A stretch of DNA of 64,000 bases from Glycera tridactyla (taxonomy: Eukaryota). Position 1 is the first letter of the stretch, and the number at the start of each line of letters is the position of its first letter. The DNA lies in NCBI GenBank assembly GCA_965644265.1, contig OZ286476.1, positions 20,150,001 to 20,214,000 on the forward strand, read 5' to 3'. A model generated the notes under the pieces. The model had not been told where the DNA came from and did not search any database. It worked only from the letters and a program-made list of their open reading frames with translations. The translations under genes and the position numbers were made by a program. Positions 53,801-60,814 of the stretch are shown here, piece after piece.

Positions 53801-56800
53801 CATTTGCACAGTGCAATATAGCTTACTCTGGTTTTCTCACTCTTTTTCTGGAGTTGATACTTTATCTTGCTTCAAAAATCTCTATCCTTGGGGATGTACA
53901 TATATATATATATAATATATATATAATGGTATTTAGAGTGTAAGTTGCTATTTCTTATGACAAAGTAACTTGCCAATTATGTATTCCATTAATGCTTAGC
54001 ATTAGTTAAGAATTGAGATTCTAGGATTTGTCAAACTAGCTCTTTCATGGTAAGGGAAAAATAAGTAAATGGTATACAGAATCATCACAACTTTTGTCCC
54101 AGGGCATCTTGTTTTTTAATCGGTTAAGTCATCTTATGATACACAAGTTGTAAAAGCAAGCAAGTGGTGGTGCAGATAATTTGCACATATAGTGTCAGTA
54201 CAGTAGATCTTGTCTATAAAGGCCACCTTTGGTCACATAAAAAAGTGGCCGTTCTAGGCTGTGACCTCTATGGAGAGGTCATTTAATGTTTTAAATTACA
54301 TCGCAGTCGCTACCCAGAGTGGCCTTTGTAGACAGGTGGCCTTTATTGAGAGGTGGTATCTTGAGCAGGTTTGACTGTATATTGTTTTCATGATTAATAT
54401 CTATATCATAACGAAAGAAGGATTTGGAATCTGACATAATGAAACACCACTTCAATCAGAACATTATCATGACTTGAGTACCAAAAATGAGTTAAATATT
54501 CTTTGTCATGGATTCTGCGAGAATCATAGTAAAACTGGTAGGATAGAGCCTTTTCTATTGCAGCTTATGAGCATCGCACAATTGCATAGTTGCACCACTG
54601 TAACAAAATTTGACTCTTTTCAGCATTGAGTGTTTTGTCCCGTTGCTGTGATGTTTGTAGTGAAACCTCTGTAACATCTTTCCGTTAACCCTTCCAGAAC
54701 CCCCCGTCACCATCATTGTACCTTTAGAAGAGAAGACGTGTGCCCCGGGTGAGAGTGTTACCCTTGAGTGTGAGGCGTCCAAACCAGATGTGCCAGATGC
54801 CTGGTTCAAAGACGATGTCCAAATTGGACCGAGTGATAAATACGAATTAAAGATAGATGGCCCTCGTCATGAGCTTGCCATCAAAGATGTGACACCCGAG
54901 GATGTTGGGGAATACACTGTTGAGATTGGTATTGATGCTTCCACAAACTATGTGAGACTTGTGGAACCTGAACCCATACAACCTGAACAGATTGAACCTC
55001 TTAAGGAGGTCCCAACTGAAGGTAAGATGCCTGTGGTTCAAGTAGAAGACACCACTGTTCTAGATTCCCTTGTTAAGATTGAGATTGATGATGTCAAAGA
55101 AACTGTTACGGAAGAACACATACAAGACATTTCCATTACCGATGAACGAGAACCCACCATGCTGCATGTGGATACTGGGATGAGTGATCAAACAGTGATG
55201 AAGGAAGTAAGAAAAACAACAATGGTTGAAGGAAAGGAAGAGACTGCTATGACCTTTGACACTGAGGTCAAGGACAGGCCGTTTGGTTGGAAGGGACATA
55301 GTCAAAAAGTGGTAAGAACCACTGACCAGAAGATTTCAGGCACTGGTGATTTGCCGGAATCACTAGAAGACTTACCAACTGAATTGGTATTAGAAACTGC
55401 AAGGAAGGAAATCTTGCAATCTCAAACAAAGATAAAAACAACTGGTGGTATGATAAAACACATCGAAGGTGAAATTGGAGATTATGAACAAAGTATGGAG
55501 AAAGATTTGACTGGAATGGGAGAAATCACAGTGACAATGGGATTACATGGAAGAGATAGCCAGTTGACACCTTTCTCTGAATCTGCACTCCAAGTAACAA
55601 CAATCACTGAAGCTGATAAAGAAGGCCAAGTCATTGTTACAAAAAAGACTACACTGGAAGATGTTCAAACTGCTGAAAAGACAGATATGATATTTGAAGA
55701 GGTTCATCCTGATCAGCACCCACAGCAAAAAGGTGTGACTGCTATGACTTTGGATAGTAGAAAACTGACTACAAGAGAGATGCCCGAAGAAAGGTATGGG
55801 CCACAGCCCCAGGAAATTGATCAGCACCCAGCTGCAGTGATGCCAGATGTGGCACACATAGAAGTTCCGAGAGAATCTCCAACAAAGCCAGATGAGCCAG
55901 AGTATGAAATGACACCATTTGGCCCCAAACTGAAAAAGAAAAAGCCAATTAAACGGATTAAGCCAAGAGAAAAACCCAAACCAAGAAAGGTGCCTGAGGT
56001 TCTGCCTGATGAAGCTGCTGAGGAGGAAGATTTAGTTAAAGTTGAAGGCGCAGTCAATGTACCATCAGATGAGTTACAGGAAAGAGGAACTGGGTTTGAG
56101 ATTATGAAAACAAGAACAGTTGCTCCTCAAAAATCAGGAGAGCATCTGGATGAGATTGGCATTAGAGAGGAGCAAAAACCTGGATTTGAACCTAAAGATA
56201 CTGGATTCATATCTGAGGAGGCCAAAGTGTTTTCACCTGACAAAAAACCTGAAGTGACCTCTGCTGGTTTAGATGAGGTAAAGAAAGAAATTATATCACA
56301 GAAAGGTGTGAGGTCACCTCTAGACAAGGTGCAAGAGTATGTGGCTGCTGTTGAGATGACACCTGATTCCGAGTTTGGACCAGAGAAGTCAGATGAAGAA
56401 GTGAAGTTGGTGACCCCAAAGAAGCTCACTGAACCCGGAGTCATGTCACTGGAGGCTGATGAATTGGTGGAGATTTCAAAAACACCAAAACCAGAAGGTG
56501 TGATGATAGGTGCATCAGAAACTCTGACCGTGGATGAAGTGATTGGAGATGTGACATTAGCTGACTCAACAAGTGTCACACCAGTTTCCCAAAACAAACA
56601 GACCACAAGAAAAGAAGAGGAGAAAAAAGAAGAGAAAGAGTATGAACAGACTCCATTTGGTCCTAGACTGAAAAAGAAAAAGCAAGTCAAACAGCTAAAG
56701 CCACGAGAAAAACCCAAACCAAGAAAAGCATCAGAGGAGCCAGATGAAGCAGTGCCATCTGATCGGTTGCAAGAACCCAAAGTGGACAATAGGACAGCTA

Positions 56801-59800
56801 AAAAGAAGGAAATATTACCAGTAGATCAGGTACGAGAAACCGTTGCTGCAGATGAGATGACATCTCTTGGTCCAGGTGTTTTGAAGACACCATTGAAAGA
56901 ATCAGGTGATGAGGCTCCTAAGAAGCCAGATGATGAGGTGCTACAAAAGAAGCCGGTGACCCCCATGGAGCCCACTCAACCCGTGGACACTTCACTGGAA
57001 ACTGGGAAGCTAGTCAAGAGGATTGACACTTCAGGTGATGAGTTCACTACAACGACTGAAACTGAAATGGAAGGTATCAAACGATTAGCAGAGCAGTCAC
57101 TGGACGTCTTCTCTGAGGAGCACCCTTCCAGTGAGGGACGAGTTGGTTTCACAGTTGAGACTCAGTCAACAGATAGGATGGTTACTGAGCCAACAATCGA
57201 GACTGGGATGTTTGTTGAAGGAGTGCCAGTTCAGCTTCAGATTGAACACTCAATATTGGACACTGTTCATTTTGACTCAGTTGGATTTATTGATGAGGAG
57301 CCTGTAGTCGACGAAATAATATTTCCAGTTGAAGAAGAGCCTATCAAAACACCTGACCATGAGCCCATGTTCGATGACATTAGATTCGACACAATTGGGT
57401 TCATCGAGGAGGAACCCATCTCAGATGAAGAAGGTGTAAGGGTTGAAGGTGATGATTTATCCTTCATCACACCCTCAGAGGATATGCCGAAAGATATGGA
57501 ACATCTGTCAACAATTGAGCAACACTTTGAGAGATCATCTGTGGAAACAGAATTCACAACTATGGAGTCCTCTGAAGAGAGGCCAACAATAGTAGAAGTT
57601 TCTCAGAGTCTTGAAACGGCTGATGTGCCAGAAGAGTTGTCTCATATGGAAGAACCTCGAGTGATGGTTGCAGTTGGTTTGCATAAGCCCGAAGACAGGG
57701 CCATTGATGAGCCCCATATGAGTAGATTATGTGAAGAGGCAGGAGTATTTATGGTTGAACCTTATGAGGGAAAACAAGAGGAGGTAGAATCAGAACACAT
57801 GCCAGAAGGTCACAGACAAGTGATAGACCAAGATGGTGTAGGTGTATCCAAAGAAATTGAAATGCTTTCCTCTTCCAAAGTTCTTGAGCATAGGCCACAA
57901 GAATTTAATGTGCCTCAGATGCATGAGATAGTGACTGATAGTGAATCGCTACCCACCCTTGAGCAGCACAGGCAATTGCCGAGTGAGCTTCCTATACTCA
58001 AGCCTCATGAGGAGAAAGCTACAGAAATAGGTATGCCATCACTCAAACCTCATGGATATGAGCCAGAGGAGCAGAGCTCTCCAAAGCCTCTAACTGAAAT
58101 ACCCAGTGAGGAAGAGTCATTGCTCATGCTCGGAACTCACGTGGAAGAGCCAGGAAAGAAGCCCTCGAAAAAGAAGTCATTTGCAGAGGAGGCCATGACA
58201 GTGACACCACAAATAGAGCTTTTGGAAGATCTCTCAAGTGTACCCACAGATGAGGATTGGGTACCTATGGAAAAACCAGAAAAGCCTACCTACCTTCATG
58301 AAGATATTGACACATCTCCACATCATCTTCTTTTGTTGGATTCTAGGTTGAGTCAACCAGTGGATGAGAAAGTGGATGAGCTAGTGAGACTGAAGACCTA
58401 TGGTCCGATATCAGATATTGCAGATTTTACTGCTCATGAGTCAAAACTCGGACGACCATTTGTCACTAAAACTGATGGTGTTGTGGTTATTTCAACAAGA
58501 ATGTCTTCGGAGGAACGAGTCAAGGATGAAGATCATCAAGTTGTTTCAGCAATGGGTGAAACAGTGACAATTTCTGAAACCACCAGAACCCAGAAAGAGA
58601 TGATGAGCATGCAGCCACAAGGAGTCTCCTTTGATGGTGATTCCAAAGTATTGTTAGGTCCCTCTGATGAGAGTGATCTACATCAAGAACAATTGCCCAT
58701 GATTGAAACACATCAAGAAAAACAAGGAAAAATGTTTTTTCCCAAACCTCATCTCGAGACTGAGGAATTTGAATGGGTGCAGGAACAAGAGCTGGCACCC
58801 CAAGCACCACGGTTTCAAGAACTGGCACCACCACAAGATGAGGAACCAGTAGATTCAGAATTTTCATCAAATATTGCTGCACCAGAAGACAGAGATATTC
58901 ATATTCTTCAGCAACCGAGAGAGGAGTCAGATACAGAGATGACCATGACAGTAAAAACAGAGATGAAGACTTTGAAAGATTTCTCTGGAGTACCTACAGA
59001 TGAGGATTGGGTGCCTGTAGAGAAGCCAGAAAAGCCAACTCTTCATCTTGAAGATTCCATTGAAGCATCTCCAGATGGTCTTATATTATTGGATTCCAGG
59101 TTGAGTCAACCAGTTGTTGAGGATGTGGAGGAGCTAGTGAGACTGAAGCCTCATGGTCCAGTATCAGACATTGCAGATTTTACTGCCCATGAGTCAATAC
59201 TTGGACAACCACTTGTCCCTGAGACTGATGGTGTTGTGGTTATTTCACAAACCGTATCTTCAGAAGAACAAGTCAAAGATATAGATCAACAAATTGCTTC
59301 AGCAATGGGTGGAATGGTGACAATTTCTAAAACCACCAGAACCCAGAAAGAGAGGATGAGCATGCAGCCACAAGACATCTCCTTGGATGTTGATTCCAAG
59401 GTATTGATAGCTCCGGATGATAAGAGTGTTCTACATCCAGAACTAATACCCATGCTTAGAACACCTAAAGAAAAACCTGAAGAAATGTCTTTTCTCAAAC
59501 CTGATCATGAAACTGAGGAAATTGAGAGGTTGCAGAAGCAAGACACCAAAGAGCTGACACCCCGACAACCACAGTCCCAGGGACTGGCAGCACCACAAGA
59601 TGAGAAACCTGTAGATTCAGAATTTTTATCAGATATTGCTGCACCAGAAGACAAATATGTTCACATGGTTCAGCAACCAAGAAGGGAGCCAGGCACAGAG
59701 AAGTCCATGACAGTGAAAACAGAGATGAAGACTTTGAAAGATTTCTCTGGAGTACCTACAGATGAGGATTGGGTGCCTGTGGAGAAACCAGAAAAGCCAA

Positions 59801-60814
59801 ATCTTCATCATGAAGATTTCATTGAAACATCTCCAGATGGTCTTATATTATTGGATTCCAGGTTGAGTCAACCAGTTGTTGAGGATGTGGAGGAGCTAGT
59901 GAGACTGAAGCCGCATGGTCCAGTATCGGATATTGCAGATTTTACTGCCCATGAGTCAATACTTGGACAACCACTTGTCCCTGAGACTGATGGTGTTGTG
60001 GTTATTTCACAAACCGTATCTTCAGAAGAACAAGTCAAAGATATAGATCAACAAATTGCTTCAGCAATGGGTGGGATGGTGACAATTTCTAAAACCACTA
60101 GAACTCAAAAAGAGGTAATAAGCATGCAGCCACAGGGAGAAGTATCCATGGATGTTGATGCTAGGATATCAGAAGCTCCCATCGATGAGAGAGTCTTACA
60201 CAAAGAACCGCGTATGAGACCTAGCATTGCGAGAACAATGAAAGATTTGGTTAGTGTTCCCACAGATGAAGAATGGACTGCTACGAAGAGGACAGATGTT
60301 GGCCAGAGTGATGAGGTTTTGGAAGAAGCAACATCTTCAGATCATCTTGTAATATTGGATTCAGACATGAGCATTCCCAGAGTTGAGGATAGTGAGGAAC
60401 TGGCTCAACTGAAACCAGGTGGAATGGGTCCCAGAACAGAGGGCCAATTCACAATTGCAATAAAAAAGACTGAGAGCCCATATATCACCGACTCAGCTGA
60501 ATACACCATACATCAAGAGGATATCATTTTTGATAGGGATTCAGTGACTGAGCAACAGTCACAATTTGACAGGACTGTACAGGATGTAACTGAGGGCTTG
60601 ACGCTTCTTCAAACTGGTCAATTTGTGAATACAACCACAGGGGAAACTATAAGCATCTCAGAGACAATAGGAGAAAAACCTGTGACTTCTGGGGAGTCAT
60701 TGGTGAGCGCCACTACATCAGCCATCATCCCGAGTGATAGGATCAGTGAAGATCTTCCGGATTCACAAGCAACACCTGTGGAGCCTTTGCAGGAAGTGGC
60801 GACTGTCATATATG
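826..60814 (+). CDS. Titin/obscurin-like giant Ig-domain protein, internal portion (11 exons; 5' and 3' ends outside window)
   Basis: All 11 exons have AG acceptors and GT donors with compatible phases and no stop at any junction. They encode 7 Ig I-set domains with titin tandem-Ig-like motifs (F..pL.D..V.E...A.F.C, W, D.G.Y/I) interleaved with low-complexity linkers. Confidence 0.9.
1148..1266. repeat. Long imperfect inverted repeat (arms about 45 bp, loop about 25 nt)
   Basis: Left arm agcaagactatatggccttgaagtaaaattacaataccaagcagg versus reverse complement of right arm agcaagactatatggccgtgaaacaaaattgcaataccaaacaagg. Confidence 0.85.
1964..2277 (+). mobile_element. tRNA-box-containing interspersed repeat (SINE-like), copy 1, with a tandemly duplicated 79-bp tail unit
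   Basis: A-box-like TAGCTCAGTG at 2038, B-box GGTTCGAATCC at 2104-2114; tail units at 2121 and 2200; homologous to 43381-43602. Confidence 0.6.
2309..2483. mobile_element. TA-flanked MITE (Tc1/mariner/pogo type), subfamily 1, 175 bp
   Basis: TA|CAGTCGAACCTG...CAGGTTCGACTG|TA; three 17-bp-spaced AGGTGGTCTTTA(T)AGAG repeats. Confidence 0.9.
2574..2598. repeat. (TCAA)n microsatellite just upstream of the exon B acceptor
   Basis: Direct reading. Confidence 0.9.
2615..2873 (+). CDS. Exon B, Ig I-set domain (FKFKRELEDQHVKEKENGIFECEVSH...DWF...DEGQVKATFRNCVTTAKLTVE), phase 0-1
   Basis: ttgttcacag| acceptor and GAA C|gtaagt donor; phase matches exons A and C; I-set hallmarks. Confidence 0.9.
3538..3804 (+). 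CDS. Exon C, Ig I-set domain (LIPAFKTKIKDVVVPEHQQATFQCRM...EWF...DMGQIRIVCRGVECPANLTVK), phase 1-1
   Basis: tttttaatttcag| acceptor and AAA C|gtaagt donor; 267 nt. Confidence 0.93.
5320..5498. mobile_element. TA-MITE, degenerate left end
   Basis: Right end GACAGGTTGGACTG|TA; internal agccacctg/agaccacc motifs shared with 29301 and 11194. Confidence 0.7.
7232..7294. mobile_element. Internally deleted TA-MITE
   Basis: CAGTGAATAACC...aaagaccacctgtctataaagaccac...CAGGTTTTACTG|TA. Confidence 0.6.
7995..8236. repeat. Tandem duplication containing (TCAA)n runs
   Basis: aatcaatcagtc(a/g)gtctttctgatagtca(c/t)aggtgctctcaaaatagca occurs twice, near 8085 and 8190. Confidence 0.8.
8758..8934. mobile_element. 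TA-MITE subfamily 2, 177 bp
   Basis: TA|CAGTGAAACCTGC...GCAGGTTTCACTG|TA (13-bp perfect TIR). Confidence 0.9.
9374..9643 (+). CDS. Exon D, Ig I-set domain (EQLVSFPTPLTDITTTLHSPACFTCTV...EWF...DEGRISVRAGRTRSTAILSID), phase 1-1
   Basis: cccgcttcag| acceptor and GAT G|gtaggt donor; 270 nt. Confidence 0.9.
9995..10573. other. (CT)n tract followed by two N runs (10089-10294 and 10305-10573) separated by a 10-nt island
   Basis: Direct reading; the island atgaagctca equals the first 10 nt after the second run. Confidence 0.95.
10770..11008. mobile_element. TA-MITE subfamily 2 with an internal duplication of about 60 bp
   Basis: TA|CAGTGAAACCTGTGATGAGAGACC...GGTCTCTCATCACAGGTTTCACTT|TA; gtcaaaaaca(a/g)aagct...tgaaagtggt appears twice. 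Confidence 0.85.
11194..11370. mobile_element. Degenerate TA-MITE
   Basis: ccaaacctgttcaagagaccacct...aagccacct...; degenerate right end gcagttttgaatg. Confidence 0.6.
11386..11562. mobile_element. TA-MITE, distinct subfamily with repeated GACAGGATTTCACT
   Basis: TA|CATGTAAAACCTG...CAGGTTTAACTG|TA; gggccagatttttcttttcactgtagacaggatttcact occurs twice. Confidence 0.8.
12314..12460. other. N run (147 nt)
   Basis: Direct reading. Confidence 0.98.
12700..12925. repeat. (GT)n microsatellite, perfect core with degenerate extension
   Basis: Direct reading. Confidence 0.95.
13249..24714 (+). CDS. Giant exon E, 11,466 nt (3,822 codons), Ser/Asp/Glu/Arg/His-rich predicted disordered segment with no Ig domain, phase 1-1
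   Basis: Stop-free frame 13152-24722; cttcttacactttcag| acceptor at 13249; AAA G|gtaaat donor at 24714; length is a multiple of 3 and phases match neighbours. Confidence 0.85.
26665..26760. mobile_element. Left-half fragment of a subfamily 2 TA-MITE
   Basis: TA|CAGTAAAGCCTGTCC...gtctctcaaga...ggtggtctcttattggaggtatatctgacta matches 53136. Confidence 0.7.
28843..29270. repeat. Degenerate minisatellite, unit about 41-42 bp, about 10 copies
   Basis: Consensus read by eye: ATTATGGCTAGGACATCTACCTATGATATGTATGATTAAGTAG. Confidence 0.8.
29301..29479. mobile_element. TA-MITE
   Basis: TA|CAGTGTGACCTG...GTAGACAGGTTCAACT; repeated ccacctgtctacaaag. Confidence 0.75.
29941..30245. mobile_element. Exact 84-85-bp tandem duplication (29941-30025 and 30026-30109) overlapping the left part of a degenerate copy of the 39613 hAT-like element
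   Basis: Identical duplicated unit; downstream ...aaatccaaaagtttct...caggaaatttggtcagg...gcatcactgatta aligns with 39613-39794. Confidence 0.8.
31144..31318. mobile_element. TA-MITE subfamily 1, 175 bp
   Basis: TA|CAGTCTGACC...TTCGACTG|TA; same length and internal sequence as 2309-2483. Confidence 0.9.
33816..33975. mobile_element. TA-MITE subfamily 3 (AGCAGCCAC repeats), 160 bp
   Basis: TA|CAGTTTAACCTGTCC...GGACAGGTTTGACTG|TA; homologous to 46594. Confidence 0.9.
34557..38387 (+). CDS. Giant exon F, 3,831 nt (1,277 codons), highly acidic segment with poly-D and poly-E, ending in an Ig domain (about 38114-38387), phase 1-1
   Basis: TACTAAC branch-point consensus at 34520-34526; ttccactttcacag| acceptor; GAT G|gtaaag donor; C-terminal DIFFTEILQNRSV...VRW...DDEGQYTAC...ANVVID is I-set-like. 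Confidence 0.87.
35762..35839 (+). repeat. Perfect coding (GAT)26 repeat (poly-Asp)
   Basis: Direct reading, in frame in exon F. Confidence 0.95.
36128..36210 (+). repeat. Coding (GAG/GAA)n poly-Glu tract
   Basis: Direct reading. Confidence 0.9.
39613..39794. mobile_element. hAT-like MITE, 182 bp
   Basis: 12-bp perfect TIR CAGTGATGCAAG...CTTGCATCACTG; second copy near 30060-30245; no clean 8-bp TSD seen. Confidence 0.7.
40080..40349 (+). CDS. Exon G, Ig I-set domain (EEPKFMTPLSDQYVKEQEEATFVCEVSRKNAPVKWFLDRKEIKPSDKFQI...AKLFVE), phase 1-1
   Basis: ctatgttacag| acceptor and GAA A|gtgagt donor; 270 nt; very close to the titin tandem-Ig consensus. Confidence 0.95.
40939..41157. mobile_element. 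Probable degenerate hAT-like MITE
   Basis: Left end CAGGGCTCGAC, degenerate right end gtcatgccct; repeated gggcaggt(t/a)gattt(t)gaaa..ctacctgccc hairpin units. Confidence 0.4.
41454..41531 (+). CDS. Exon H, 78-nt Pro/Glu/Ala PEVK-like linker (LPAEPAPVEEIIAEPEPAAEAKAPE), phase 1-1; absent from the ORF track
   Basis: cctgtttttacag| acceptor and GAG G|gtaaac donor; GC-rich island in AT-rich intron; 26 codons. Confidence 0.85.
42726..43095. repeat. (ATTC)n, then N run 42788-42983, then (CAGC/CAGT)n
   Basis: Direct reading. Confidence 0.9.
43381..43602 (+). mobile_element. tRNA-box-containing repeat (SINE-like), copy 2; extra tail unit at 43260-43320
   Basis: TAGCTCAGCT at 43471, GGTTCAAATC at 43522, followed by acaagaaatctgatgat... 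as in copy 1. Confidence 0.6.
44010..44198. mobile_element. Diverged TA-MITE, 189 bp
   Basis: TA|CAGTGGAGCCTG...CCAGTTCCACTG|TA. Confidence 0.7.
44431..44654. mobile_element. hAT-like MITE, 224 bp
   Basis: 11-bp perfect TIR CAGGGATGTGC...GCACATCCCTG; internal second left-end-like cagggacatgcagaggg; TSD not resolved. Confidence 0.65.
45395..45860. repeat. Degenerate AT-rich tandem repeat (tatcacaatttc / ctgatcaattt units)
   Basis: Recurring 11-12-mers. Confidence 0.6.
45954..46030 (+). CDS. Exon I, N-terminal part of a split Ig domain (ELPVKFVVQLKETETIENSTITIECQ), phase 1-0
   Basis: tttattttccag| acceptor and CAG|gtgagt donor. Confidence 0.88.
46116..46361. mobile_element. Second TA-flanked MITE family (CCGTATAT-type TIR), 246 bp
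   Basis: TA|CCATATATCGCCGTATA...TATTCGTCAATATACGG|TA; homologous to 63224-63455. Confidence 0.8.
46517..46845. mobile_element. Nested MITE: young subfamily 3 copy (46594-46770) inside an older inverted copy of the same subfamily
   Basis: Inner TA|CAGTCTAACCTGTCC...GAACAGGTTTGACTG|TA; the joined flanks align to the reverse complement of the inner element. Confidence 0.85.
47030..47216 (+). CDS. Exon J, C-terminal part of the split Ig domain (VSRQHRTKWFKDGKEIQRDQHFAITTEDTWHRLTINKITLEDEAEYSCTLPEDVTKATVWVE), phase 0-1; this frame is absent from the ORF track
   Basis: taattctag| acceptor and GAA G|gtaaga donor; KWFKDG and D.A.YSC motifs; I+J = 264 nt, one complete I-set domain. Confidence 0.92.
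48650..48817. mobile_element. Diverged subfamily 2 TA-MITE
   Basis: TA|CAGTAAAACCTGTGA...TCACAGGTTTCACTA|TA. Confidence 0.75.
49196..49420. mobile_element. TA-MITE, 225 bp
   Basis: TA|CAGTTGAACTTGTCCTAAGCA...TGCTCAGGACAAGTTCGATTG|TA (21-bp TIR, 3 mismatches). Confidence 0.75.
50947..51095. other. N run (149 nt)
   Basis: Direct reading. Confidence 0.98.
53136..53313. mobile_element. TA-MITE subfamily 2, 178 bp
   Basis: TA|CAGTAAAACCTGTCT...AGACAGGTTTCACTG|TA. Confidence 0.9.
54201..54377. mobile_element. TA-MITE subfamily 1, 177 bp
   Basis: TA|CAGTAGATCTTGTC...GCAGGTTTGACTG|TA; internal homology to 2309. Confidence 0.85.
54698..60814 (+). CDS. Giant exon K, 6,117 nt (2,039 codons): N-terminal Ig domain (54698 to about 54966) then a Glu/Pro/Thr/Val/Lys-rich PEVK-like segment with long internal repeats, phase 1-1
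   Basis: ttaacccttccag| acceptor; EPPVTIIVPLEEKTCAPGESVTLECEASK...AWFKD...EDVGEYTV; TAT G|gtatgt donor; stop-free frame. Confidence 0.88.
58228..60420 (+). repeat. Coding tandem repeat in exon K: units start at 58228, 58978, 59740 and 60244 (periods 750, 762, 504 nt)
   Basis: Each unit starts D(L/F)(S/V)(S/G)VPTDE(D/E)W and contains (L/I)LDS and L..LK. Confidence 0.95.

Noticed and set aside
55060-59811. Antisense ORFs over exon K (e.g. 56127-56789)
   Set aside because: Shadow ORFs.
826-60814. Assigning a gene symbol (TTN, OBSCN, unc-89, sls)
   Set aside because: Diagnostic domains (kinase, Fn3, RhoGEF, Z-repeats) are not in this window, so orthology needs a phylogenetic analysis.
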